From a virus, in IMG/VR virus record IMGVR_UViG_3300020392_000010, positions 1-64,000 of that record: DNA of 64,000 nt. One strand, written 5' to 3'. Below, piece by piece: positions 29,079 through 38,622 of the stretch. Numbering within the stretch: position 1 is the first letter of the stretch; every line of letters starts with the position of its first letter. Position numbers and translations under genes: made by a program. Under the pieces are notes generated by a model. That model saw nothing but the letters and a program-made list of their open reading frames with translations. It made no database searches and was not told the DNA's origin.

Positions 29079-30563
29079 ATGATATTTCCAAGAGACATTA
29101 TAGCAAAATTAAAATGGAAACTGCTAGGTAAAGGCTTATTCAGTCAATGGCAAGATAGCCTAACCTACGGTCCTCCATACGGACCGCCCCCAATCTCAGG
29201 GCCTAACTGGGATAATCCTGATGATTATAGTTCTCTTCAAGCAAGAGGATTAGTTGGCGAATTAACTGATAATTCAGAAGGTATTCGAGTTTTAGAAGAC
29301 CAAATACAAGATATTGATGATTTAATTAGCACTGCAAAAGATTACTTGGAAAATGCTCAGGAATATCCTGTTCAAGTATTCGAATTATTAGAATTTGCTT
29401 GGAATTTATGTGCAAATGATCCAGTGTATGAAAGCGACTTAAATATAGAAGGTTTTGGAAATGCAGCATTTAAAGCATACGTTAAAACAGGCGCTGCACC
29501 AAATGAAGTAATTCAAAACGGAGAAGAATTAGTATCAGCACTAAAATCACAAGAATTTAGATATTTTCCAGGCGCAACTTTAGATAACAGAAAAGCCGCA
29601 ATTGAAAACGTTATCGAGGCTAGGCATGAGAAACTTATGATAGAATTTGAAAATTTAATTCAAAGATCTTGGATTAATGGAAAACTATTTAGAGAATTAG
29701 ACCCTAGTAAGAAAATATATGAAATATGGAAAAACTTTGAAGCAACATGGTTAGTAAAAGTTTTTGAAGGATTTCTTTCCGAGAGTCAAATTGCAAGCAT
29801 TGTTACACCAAAGAAAAAAGGCGCATTAGAAGTCGTGGAAGAGTTTATTAAAGCAATTCCATTTAGATTGACCGAGGATGTTCAAAAAATGAATAAGGAA
29901 ATCTTTGTGACTGGCATGCAAATTAAACCTGCTGAAAAAGGCGAAGAGAAAGAAGAAACAGAAATCTATGACAAGCTTAATATTCAAATGGCAGCAATAG
30001 CAGCTAAAATTCAAAAAGAGATTGAAGAATTAGGAAAAAGCGAAGCTCAGCAGAATATAAATGATAAACACGAAGCAGAGATGGCTAATGTAAATAAAAA
30101 TATAGAAGAATCTTTAGAAGTTTTAAATAAAGATAATCCATATAAGCCAGATGATCTTGAAATACTTAAGAAAGAATACGCTGCGATTGTAGAAGCATCT
30201 CTTACTAATAAAGATTTACTTGAAATAAGAATAGAGGAAATAAAACAGGCTGTTGAGGAAGCAAATGATGCAAGAAAGGAAGTAAGAGACAAATTAGATT
30301 CAGATGTTAGAGAAATAATTGAAAATAATAGTACTCTACCTCCAGCAATCGATCTTTTAACAACAGAGGTTAACTTTGACGAAATTATTGGTAAAATTTT
30401 AGAAGCAGCTTCTAGAGGAGATCAATCAATAACTTTTGAAAATCTATCAATACAAGAAGCATACCTATGTATGATTAAGGGTTATGAAGTAAAAGCAATA
30501 GATGATATTACGTTTAAAATTAGCTGGACTAGAGCTAATGTCTTTGCGGAATCACAAAAATAA
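29079..30563 (+). CDS. Hypothetical helical/coiled-coil protein
   Basis: 494-aa ORF with AATAAATA upstream and a strong terminator downstream. Confidence 0.6.
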   Translation: MIFPRDIIAKLKWKLLGKGLFSQWQDSLTYGPPYGPPPISGPNWDNPDDYSSLQARGLVGELTDNSEGIRVLEDQIQDIDDLISTAKDYLENAQEYPVQVFELLEFAWNLCANDPVYESDLNIEGFGNAAFKAYVKTGAAPNEVIQNGEELVSALKSQEFRYFPGATLDNRKAAIENVIEARHEKLMIEFENLIQRSWINGKLFRELDPSKKIYEIWKNFEATWLVKVFEGFLSESQIASIVTPKKKGALEVVEEFIKAIPFRLTEDVQKMNKEIFVTGMQIKPAEKGEEKEETEIYDKLNIQMAAIAAKIQKEIEELGKSEAQQNINDKHEAEMANVNKNIEESLEVLNKDNPYKPDDLEILKKEYAAIVEASLTNKDLLEIRIEEIKQAVEEANDARKEVRDKLDSDVREIIENNSTLPPAIDLLTTEVNFDEIIGKILEAASRGDQSITFENLSIQEAYLCMIKGYEVKAIDDITFKISWTRANVFAESQK

Positions 30564-30586
30564 TTTACAATAGTTTAATTATATTT

Positions 30587-30616
30587 AAAAAGGGAATCAC
30601 AAGATTCCCTTTTTTT
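30587..30616 (+). terminator. Rho-independent terminator
   Basis: AAAAAGGGAATC-ACAA-GATTCCCTTTTTTT. Confidence 0.85.
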
Positions 30617-30666
30617 GTATGTTATATTTTGATATATAAAAATATATTAAAAAAAGAAAAATAGAT

Positions 30667-30915
30667 ATGAAAAATTATATTAAAAATTTTAGCCAATATC
30701 AAAAGATCAACGAAGAAAAAGGTTGTAGTTATGGAAGCGATCCAAGTAACAGTGATTTTAAAATATACTCGTCTAGTGGATCATTAATGCGTACATCTAA
30801 AAATGGAAAATGCGGAGATGTAACTAGAGAAGATTGTGAAAAAGCATGTAAAGATGGTTCTATGAAGAAGCATAAAAACGGCTATCAATACTGTGAAGGT
30901 TATCCAAAAAAATAA
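30667..30915 (+). CDS. Small Cys-rich protein with capsid-targeting-like leader
   Basis: MKNYIKNFSQYQKINE followed by a 5-Cys body. Confidence 0.6.
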   Translation: MKNYIKNFSQYQKINEEKGCSYGSDPSNSDFKIYSSSGSLMRTSKNGKCGDVTREDCEKACKDGSMKKHKNGYQYCEGYPKK

Positions 30916-30925
30916 AAGCACAACT

Positions 30926-31174
30926 ATGAAAAATTATATTAAAAATAGTGAACAGTTTATAAAATTAAACGAAAATAAAGACCAGCCTGTCTTTATTGAT
31001 ACTCAATGCGATGACATTCAATCATATTGCGATAGTATAAAACAGTGCTGTGCTAAAGCTAAAAGAATTAAAGGAGGTGATATGTTTCCTAAAGGCGGAG
31101 GTCAAACGTTAGAGACTCTATGCAAACAACTAAAAGAAGTTGAAGCTAAAATCAACTCAATGGTAGCGGGTTAA
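30926..31174 (+). CDS. Small Cys-rich protein with capsid-targeting-like leader
   Basis: In-frame ATG at 30926, MKNYIKNSEQFIKLNE, followed by a 5-Cys body. Confidence 0.6.
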   Translation: MKNYIKNSEQFIKLNENKDQPVFIDTQCDDIQSYCDSIKQCCAKAKRIKGGDMFPKGGGQTLETLCKQLKEVEAKINSMVAG

Positions 31175-32880
31175 AGATTAACTTCATGTTTTTTAATAGG
31201 AAACGATTGTTCAATGTAAATTTTTTCCCTAACCTCAGAATGACGAATTGAATATCCATCTAGTTTATCGACAAGGTCCCATATGGTGACCTTGTTTTTA
31301 TTTGCAAGCTTTCTCATTCCTCGACCTATCGCTTGCCTAATTGTAATTTCAGCTTTAGTGGTTTCTGCAAAAACAATATGATGAACATTCTTAAGGTCAA
31401 TACCGGTTGCAAAGGTTCCAAAACTAGCAACTATTATAACACCTTCGTTTTTTTCCATTGCATCTTTATATTCATCCCGTTGTTCACTCTCAACACCTCC
31501 ATCTATGTAATAGGTGTCCCTGTTCCACTCCTGAAGTTTCTTACATATATTCTTACCATATTCGTTTTTAATATCTGAGAAGAGAATCAAAGTGTTCTTA
31601 CCGAACTTTTGTATCATACCACTTATTAGGTTTAACCTCTCTTGACTTTCAAATATAATTCCTTTTTCAAGGGTTAGCATTTCTCTACCATACTCTTTGT
31701 TATCCTTGTACATTCGTTTAATTTCATCTGAACTCTTTCTCATTTTAATGTATTCTTGAGCTGCCGAGTTTGATTTATTATATGTTAAGTATACCATACG
31801 AATAGATACATTAGGAGAGTACCCGTGATCTATTAAGTGCTTTGCTGAGAGAGTCATAACCAGCGGTCCGACTTTCTCCTGTATCTTATAAAAATCAGAA
31901 TACTCTTCAGAAACCTTTGCGGTTCCCGATAGCCCTAATTTATATCTCCAGTTTTCACATGCTGAAATGATATTAGAGATAGATGAACCTCTAGATTTAT
32001 GAGTTTCATCTACGTTAACTACACTATATGATTCAAACATTCTAAAAGATTTAGAATATTTAATTTTTTCTTTAAGATTAGTTACTTTATTAACTGCTTT
32101 TTCAAGTTCTTTTTCTTTAGGTTTTTTAAGCTTTTCCAATTTTAATTTCTTTTTAACAGCCGAGGTTAATTGAGAGTCAAGACTTTTTTCTTCAAAATTA
32201 ATTAAACTCTGATATGTTGATATAACTAGATCTGCTTCTTTAAATTCCTCTTCTGAGAATTTATTTTTACCACCTATCATTAGGATATTCCAATTTACTA
32301 ATCCGTTAGAATACATTTTAAATTTTTCTTCGGTTTGACCAACTAATGAAATATTAGGAACTATCATTAGGGCTTTATTATGCCTATTGATAATCCCTTC
32401 ATGTTTTAAATAAGAATTAAAGATATAAAAGATTAAGGTTTTACCTGCTGAAGTTGCAAGCTCTTGGGTACAATATTTATATTGAAGTGCTTTGTAACCT
32501 GCTTCAAATTGATAGTCTCTTGGATATATACTGTTACCATGTTCATCTATTACATTATCAAAAAGTTTATCTACAAATTCAGTGTAATTATCTTTACTAT
32601 ATTCTAAATTTAAAGTTTCTTTTAACCCGGATATTTTAAAAGAGATCCCTGTTTTTTTAGAAAAAGAGTATATTTCTTTCCAAAGTCCTATTGGTATTTC
32701 ATTTTCTTTTGTTAAAAAATTATCCATACCGTCCCATATACCTCTATCTACAAGTACATTAAAATCTCCATCCTTTGATTTTTTAGTAAAATGATCTCGT
32801 AGTCTACCTTTTTCAGTGTCGTTATCCCACTCAATTAGTTTTATAAGATTCTTAGTTTTGAATACTTTAAACTTAAGCAT
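31171..32880 (-). CDS. uvsW: SF2 helicase UvsW
   Basis: PRDYQ, ATSAGKT, DETH, GLSGT, TFATGID and QAIGRGMR. Confidence 0.9.
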   Translation of the reverse strand: MLKFKVFKTKNLIKLIEWDNDTEKGRLRDHFTKKSKDGDFNVLVDRGIWDGMDNFLTKENEIPIGLWKEIYSFSKKTGISFKISGLKETLNLEYSKDNYTEFVDKLFDNVIDEHGNSIYPRDYQFEAGYKALQYKYCTQELATSAGKTLIFYIFNSYLKHEGIINRHNKALMIVPNISLVGQTEEKFKMYSNGLVNWNILMIGGKNKFSEEEFKEADLVISTYQSLINFEEKSLDSQLTSAVKKKLKLEKLKKPKEKELEKAVNKVTNLKEKIKYSKSFRMFESYSVVNVDETHKSRGSSISNIISACENWRYKLGLSGTAKVSEEYSDFYKIQEKVGPLVMTLSAKHLIDHGYSPNVSIRMVYLTYNKSNSAAQEYIKMRKSSDEIKRMYKDNKEYGREMLTLEKGIIFESQERLNLISGMIQKFGKNTLILFSDIKNEYGKNICKKLQEWNRDTYYIDGGVESEQRDEYKDAMEKNEGVIIVASFGTFATGIDLKNVHHIVFAETTKAEITIRQAIGRGMRKLANKNKVTIWDLVDKLDGYSIRHSEVREKIYIEQSFPIKKHEVNL

Positions 32881-32883
32881 ATA

Positions 32884-33321
32884 TTATCCTAATAGCTTTT
32901 CTAAGTCTAACCTAGTTTTTAAACCAAATAAAACATTATCTACTGTTTTTATAGAACCATCCATAAAAGATATTTGATTTTCTATAATCTCTACTGTTTC
33001 TTGCATGTCAGTAGTCTTGCCGTCTACTATAACCTTTTTTTCATGACCCTGATATCTCATGTTTTGATTAGAAACACTTTCCCATTCTTTTCCTCTTTTT
33101 TGTCTATATGACTTTTTTAATTTAGAAAGAGTATCTATTAAAGTGTGATTATCTTCTAAAAGTCTTTGTCTTATGCTTAGGAAAAAAACCTGAACCTCTT
33201 TAAAATCTTTAATATTGCTTAACTTTTCAATATTTCTTCGAATTTCTAAAGAGTAATTATCACGCTCTTTTCTAAACTTATCAGAAATATTTTCTTTAGG
33301 GGATTTTGTAGTATTTTCCAT
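32884..33321 (-). CDS. uvsY: Recombination mediator UvsY-like
   Basis: Helical ~145-aa protein immediately upstream of uvsW, as in T4-like phages. Confidence 0.5.
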   Translation of the reverse strand: MENTTKSPKENISDKFRKERDNYSLEIRRNIEKLSNIKDFKEVQVFFLSIRQRLLEDNHTLIDTLSKLKKSYRQKRGKEWESVSNQNMRYQGHEKKVIVDGKTTDMQETVEIIENQISFMDGSIKTVDNVLFGLKTRLDLEKLLG

Positions 33322-33332
33322 AAAAATATTAT

Positions 33333-34169
33333 TTAAACCGGTTTTTTATTTTCAATTTCTTTAATCATTTCAAAGTGAATTTTTGCAATTCTATCTCTAC
33401 CTTCTTCGCTTAATAATAATCTAGACTCTTCTCTATTTGTCATAAAAAAGTTCTCCGAAAGAATAGATGGCATAACCACTTTACGTAATACCCAGAAATT
33501 TGCTTCTTTATCTGCGTCACCATCTCTTGTATCCATTCTCATTTTATGATCTGGAAACTCTGCTTTTGCTTTTTCATGCAACACCTGTGCAATTTTATCC
33601 GATTTAGTTTCTCCTACTGTTGTATATACTGACCAACCGTGTGCAGATTCTTTGTTAAATCCATTAGCATGTACTGAAACATAAATACATTTTTTACCAT
33701 CACTTTGTTGTCTCTCTCTATATATATCATTTGCTTTATCAGTTCTCCATCTTAATGATAAATCTTTTTCTGTATCAACTAAATTAATGCATTCAATGCC
33801 TTCTTTTTCACATAGGTTAATTATTCTTTTTACAACTGCTCTGTTGAATTCTCCCTCAAATAATTGTGTACCATCTTCCCAAACAGGGGATCTTTTACCG
33901 GCTGTTTGATATACACCATCGATTATACCACCATGGCCATTATCTAATATCCATACGTATCCCTTATCGTTTTTGATACTTGTATTTCTACTCTGTATTT
34001 TACTCCACGTTTTTGGTCCAACTATACCGTCTGTTTCTAAACCCTGTTGGGCTTGAAATCTCATAACAGCTAATTCTGTTGCTGGTCCAAAATCTCCATC
34101 TATTGTAATATTTAATGACTCTTGAAGTTTTTTTACTTCTTCACCTTTACTTCCTTTTTTTAATAGCAT
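33333..34169 (-). CDS. N-acetylmuramoyl-L-alanine amidase with PG-binding domain (endolysin)
   Basis: LKKGSKGEEV...DGDFGPAT...DGIVGPKTW; LDNGHG, E, SVHAN, SENFF. Confidence 0.9.
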   Translation of the reverse strand: MLLKKGSKGEEVKKLQESLNITIDGDFGPATELAVMRFQAQQGLETDGIVGPKTWSKIQSRNTSIKNDKGYVWILDNGHGGIIDGVYQTAGKRSPVWEDGTQLFEGEFNRAVVKRIINLCEKEGIECINLVDTEKDLSLRWRTDKANDIYRERQQSDGKKCIYVSVHANGFNKESAHGWSVYTTVGETKSDKIAQVLHEKAKAEFPDHKMRMDTRDGDADKEANFWVLRKVVMPSILSENFFMTNREESRLLLSEEGRDRIAKIHFEMIKEIENKKPV

Positions 34170-34172
34170 TTT

Positions 34173-34478
34173 TTAATGGTTATTTTTGTAATCTACGAGA
34201 GCGGTTATTACGTCTGTGAACTGGGCACTATTTAAATTTACTTTTAAATTTGAATGCTCTTTATTAATAAAATTTTCCGCTTCTCTTCTAAGCTTTTCGT
34301 ATGAAGTTTTTTCTTTAACAGGGTGTTTGTAAACCGAATCTTTAGTTTGCCTAAGTTCATTTATTGTTCTTTTTTTAACAGTCCTTGATTTGTAATCGGG
34401 CATCTTGTGAAAAAGCTTAGATTCGCCTGAAAAATCCATACCTGAAAAGCCTGGTTTTAATTTATTTTCTTCACTCAT
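34173..34478 (-). CDS. Hypothetical protein
   Basis: CAGTATAAT upstream (34499-34507). Confidence 0.5.
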   Translation of the reverse strand: MSEENKLKPGFSGMDFSGESKLFHKMPDYKSRTVKKRTINELRQTKDSVYKHPVKEKTSYEKLRREAENFINKEHSNLKVNLNSAQFTDVITALVDYKNNH

Positions 34479-34509
34479 GTTTATAAAATTGTTTTAATAT
34501 TATACTGTT

Positions 34510-34980
34510 TTAGGAAAAAAAGTTTATAAATTTATAGTAAGTTGATCCTACTTTAAAGTGATCTTCTGGAAAAACTTCATCTTGAGAAAGAGTTGAAACT
34601 ATTTCATTCCCTATTATATTAGATTCGTCTTTGGTTTTAACATGTATATTAGGTTTATCTTTTCTACCTATTAAGTAATTTATTAAATCATACTTTTCAA
34701 AATCCTCTTTTTCTATTTTTAAACATTTATTAATGAATAGTGATGGGCATTTTCTAGTTCCTTTTCCAAAACCATTATAATACGATTGTTTTACGCAATT
34801 ATCCTTACAGGTATTTAAAAAATTAAGATAGCCTTCCCTATCCTTGAAATTTATTATTGTAAAATTTCCAAGAGACTGTATACAATCTCTTATAGAATTC
34901 CAGTTAGCATTAGAACTTGATTGTATGTCTTTCATTTCAAGATCATCAAACTCTTCAAAAACTTTTATGTACTTTTGCAT
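34510..34980 (-). CDS. Hypothetical protein with capsid-targeting-like leader
   Basis: MQKYIKVFEEF; AATAAATA upstream on the minus strand. Confidence 0.55.
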   Translation of the reverse strand: MQKYIKVFEEFDDLEMKDIQSSSNANWNSIRDCIQSLGNFTIINFKDREGYLNFLNTCKDNCVKQSYYNGFGKGTRKCPSLFINKCLKIEKEDFEKYDLINYLIGRKDKPNIHVKTKDESNIIGNEIVSTLSQDEVFPEDHFKVGSTYYKFINFFS

Positions 34981-35057
34981 GCTGTATTATATAAAACTTT
35001 TTTTTATTTATTTGTAAAACATATAGTATAATGGTACAGTTATAAAATAAAGCAATA

Positions 35058-35657
35058 ATGATAGTAATTATAGAAGGATCACAAGGGTCCGGCAAAACTC
35101 ATATGATAAATTATTTAAAGTCAAACGAGTGGGGCGATAACGTATTATTTTACAAATATGAACACGTATCTCATATGAAAAACATGGGATTTGAAGACAT
35201 GGAACCAAAGGACTCTTTTCACTATTTTACGCTATCTAATACACTTACTATTCTAGAGTTACATAAAACCGTTTTAAAAGATAAAATAATAGTATTTGAT
35301 AGAGGAATATTTTCAGCATATGTGTGGTCTATTTTAAGAAATAGAATGGATAGAAGTAGGCTTAATAAAGAATTATCTAAACTATTAGATAGCTCTTTAT
35401 ATGAAAATTGTCATGTAATTAGAATAATATCTGAAAGTAAAGAAATAAGAGCGCACAGTGATATATTCGATACTTTTACAAATAATATAAAAGAAAATTT
35501 TTTATTTGACAAAGTATTCGAAGATAATATGGAAAATTTAGAATGTGATAAGCGAAATAATTCATATAATGAGATGATTAACTATAGGGACTTTTTAAGC
35601 GAAGCTGTTATGATGAACATATTTAGTAAAAAAATTAATATAAATAAACTAAAATAG
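35058..35657 (+). CDS. P-loop nucleotide monophosphate kinase-like protein
   Basis: IIEGSQGSGKT and VFDRG motifs. Confidence 0.7.
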   Translation: MIVIIEGSQGSGKTHMINYLKSNEWGDNVLFYKYEHVSHMKNMGFEDMEPKDSFHYFTLSNTLTILELHKTVLKDKIIVFDRGIFSAYVWSILRNRMDRSRLNKELSKLLDSSLYENCHVIRIISESKEIRAHSDIFDTFTNNIKENFLFDKVFEDNMENLECDKRNNSYNEMINYRDFLSEAVMMNIFSKKININKLK

Positions 35658-35667
35658 TGTTTATTCA

Positions 35668-36213
35668 ATGAAAAATTTAGTAACCAAATATAGCGATTTT
35701 ATATTTGAAAAAAAGAAATCTTCTTTAAAAGGTATTTCTTCTGAAAATATTATTAAAAAAATAGAGGCAGTAATGGATGTATTGCCTAACGATGTACAAT
35801 TTGGAGTACCCTCTGATAATTTAGGCCAATCTACTTCCTATAAGTCTCCAGGTGACGCTATTCAAAGAATAAAAGATATCACTCATTACTATAATAAGAG
35901 AAAAGAAGATGTTAAATTCTACTGCTGGTCTATTACTTTTAAAGGAGACTTTAATGCTTCACAAGAACTTGAAGATAAAATGGAAGAAGCAGATGGATTA
36001 TTTCATGAAGATAAGGCTAAGTATGGAAAAATAGACATGATAAAGGTTAGAGATTATGTTCAAACAAATCCAGAGGACGCAGATGAATTTAAAAGTTTTT
36101 CAATATCATTAGATAGCGCCTCTTCTAGAAAATTTGGTATGAAACTATCATCTGGAACTTCTAATGATAAAACAAAAGAGAAAGAATCAGAAGAATCTGA
36201 AGATGAATTTTAA
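35668..36213 (+). CDS. Hypothetical protein with capsid-targeting-like leader
   Basis: MKNLVTKYSDFIFE; TATAAATA at 35639-35646. Confidence 0.6.
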   Translation: MKNLVTKYSDFIFEKKKSSLKGISSENIIKKIEAVMDVLPNDVQFGVPSDNLGQSTSYKSPGDAIQRIKDITHYYNKRKEDVKFYCWSITFKGDFNASQELEDKMEEADGLFHEDKAKYGKIDMIKVRDYVQTNPEDADEFKSFSISLDSASSRKFGMKLSSGTSNDKTKEKESEESEDEF

Positions 36214-36238
36214 AATATAAATTACTTAAAAAACAAGT

Positions 36239-38152
36239 ATGGCAGGAATAAGACACTTAAAAGAAGTCCATGATAAAATGGGAGAAGACTTCTTAAATAA
36301 ATTATTTAATGAGTACCTTATAGTTAATGAAAAAGTAAATGGAAGTTTTCTAGGATTTAAAAAAGACAGAGAAAATGACGAATTTAAATTCTTTAATAAG
36401 AGAAACGAAATAGGTTACATAGATAGGGTCTTATCAAAATTTTATAACGATCCTATTAACCATATTAAAAATTTAGAAAAAGACAAGATTCAAAAAATTC
36501 CATCGAATATGTATTTTGGTTTAGAATACATATCTAATACCTCATCAAATGTAGAAGATTATGGAAGATTACCGAAAAATGGATTATTACTTAATTTTAT
36601 ACACGAATTAGACGAAGAAGGTGGGGTAATAAAAACAATACAAGATAAACATATACTAGATGAATGGGCTAATTTTTTAGAAATAGATGGACCAACTATA
36701 GTTTTTGAAGGAAAATTAAACGATGATCAAAAAGTTGAAATCATGGATTTTATATACAGCCCTGCTGAAGAACTATTAGAAAAATTTAAAACGAGATCTT
36801 TTATAAAATACGTTATATCTATTTTAAATAAAGATTTTAAAGAAAGTTTTTTAGAAAATAGCATAGTTAGAGATATAAACGGATTAGTGTTTAGATTTTA
36901 CGAAGGGGATAGAGAAAATCCTAGTTCAAAATCTTTTCTTGCTAAATTAATAGACCCTATATTTCAAAATAAAATGAGTACCCAAGAGGTAAAAAGAGAA
37001 GAAAATAAATCTCAAGATTATACATGGTTAATTGTAATAGATTTAATGAATTTTATAGAAATGTATGACCTAAAAACAATCAATAGTTGGAAAATAGTAG
37101 GAGATTCATTTCAAGAAAGATATGTTAAATTTGTAAATAGAGTATTTAGAGAATTTATAGATAAGTATAAAGACAAATACGAAGGAATACAATTAAATAA
37201 ACCTGAGTTTCTAGATAGTGATGAATTTGATCTAAATATGGACATGATAAATGATCCATATATTATAGATTTAATAAAAGAAAGCGATACAAATAAAGAA
37301 ATTTATAAAATCCTATTAAACTTTTTTAGAAAAAAAAGAAAAAAAGTAAATTCTAACCTATTTGATAGTAATCTATTAAAGCAACTAAATATACAGGTTG
37401 ATAAGATAAAAAAGATTTTGTTGAAAGAAAAGGTTTTTGAAGGGTTTTTTCCAACGTTTAACGAGTATGTAGGCGAATCAGGAGAGTTTGAACCAATGAC
37501 AATTCAAGGTTTTTCAAAAGAAAAAAGATCAATAGCTAAGCCTAAAAAAGTAAATCTGCTAATAGGCGATTTTCAACCTATACACTTAGGGCATATAAAA
37601 GCTGCCGAAAAATTAAAATCTAAAAACAATTTTCCAGTAGTATTAATAGCAGTTGTTAAAAATGAAAAAAATAAGAATAATCCATTTTCAGAAGCATCTA
37701 TTAAAAAAATGCTAAATGACGTTGAACAAGAATATGGAAGCTTTATTGAAAAGGCAATTATATTAAAAACAGGTGGAATAGAAGAAATTATAGGTTCTTT
37801 AAAACCATCTTATGTACCTATATTATGGGGCACTAATAAAAATAGACTAAATAGATACGCTATTCAATTAGGGTATTTAAAAAAGAGAGACGTTTCACTT
37901 GACTTAAATAAGGATTTTAAGCTAGTTGAAATACCTAAATTTCAATCTTCATCTGAAATAAGAAATATTATAAAAGATGAAAAGTACAAGGAGTTTAAAA
38001 GACTTGTACCAGATTCAGTAGTTTCTAATTTTTATAATTTAAAAAAAGAAATAGATCAATTAAATGAATCTAAAAAAGAAACTATTTCTGAGATAAATAA
38101 TAAAGAATCTAATATCTCAGAAAATGAAAAAGAAATCAAAGAAGAACAGTAG
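36239..38152 (+). CDS. RNA-ligase-like domain fused to a HIGH-family nucleotidyltransferase
   Basis: N-terminal NEKVNGS, FGLEY, INGLVFR and LAKLID (ligase motif I/III/IV/V-like); C-terminal GDFQPIHLGH, NPFS and SSSEIR. Confidence 0.65.
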   Translation: MAGIRHLKEVHDKMGEDFLNKLFNEYLIVNEKVNGSFLGFKKDRENDEFKFFNKRNEIGYIDRVLSKFYNDPINHIKNLEKDKIQKIPSNMYFGLEYISNTSSNVEDYGRLPKNGLLLNFIHELDEEGGVIKTIQDKHILDEWANFLEIDGPTIVFEGKLNDDQKVEIMDFIYSPAEELLEKFKTRSFIKYVISILNKDFKESFLENSIVRDINGLVFRFYEGDRENPSSKSFLAKLIDPIFQNKMSTQEVKREENKSQDYTWLIVIDLMNFIEMYDLKTINSWKIVGDSFQERYVKFVNRVFREFIDKYKDKYEGIQLNKPEFLDSDEFDLNMDMINDPYIIDLIKESDTNKEIYKILLNFFRKKRKKVNSNLFDSNLLKQLNIQVDKIKKILLKEKVFEGFFPTFNEYVGESGEFEPMTIQGFSKEKRSIAKPKKVNLLIGDFQPIHLGHIKAAEKLKSKNNFPVVLIAVVKNEKNKNNPFSEASIKKMLNDVEQEYGSFIEKAIILKTGGIEEIIGSLKPSYVPILWGTNKNRLNRYAIQLGYLKKRDVSLDLNKDFKLVEIPKFQSSSEIRNIIKDEKYKEFKRLVPDSVVSNFYNLKKEIDQLNESKKETISEINNKESNISENEKEIKEEQ

Positions 38153-38573
38153 TCAAAGAAACTATAAAAAGTATTTTGACAATAGAATGGGCAAAGGCGC
38201 GCCTGAAAAGCTAAAAAATGCAGTCCTTCAGCATCCAGACGATACTGATGATTCTATATATGGCTATATGCAAAAGAATAAATCTAGAAACATGTGGGTT
38301 ATGAACTTTGATCAATACAAAAAAGCAGGAGGTGTATCAGAATCATTAAATGAAGATGAATGGACAGATGATATACTTGATAATCTTGGAAAAGAAAGCA
38401 ATGAAGATTGGTGGACTGAAAAAAATTCAGAAGAACTAAATATGCACTCATTAGAAAGAGATTTAATGAAATTAGTAAATAAATATTCAGGTAAAATAGG
38501 AATAGATTCATATGGATCTATTGATGCAATATACAAGATCTTAGATGGAATGTTTGAAAGAGTAGAAAAATAA
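38124..38573 (+). CDS. Hypothetical protein
   Basis: Internal WVMNFDQY...SLNE motif. Confidence 0.5.
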   Translation: MKKKSKKNSSQRNYKKYFDNRMGKGAPEKLKNAVLQHPDDTDDSIYGYMQKNKSRNMWVMNFDQYKKAGGVSESLNEDEWTDDILDNLGKESNEDWWTEKNSEELNMHSLERDLMKLVNKYSGKIGIDSYGSIDAIYKILDGMFERVEK

Positions 38574-38622
38574 TTATTTAATACTTTTCTAATATAAATA
38601 ATAAAAAGCTATTTTATTATAA

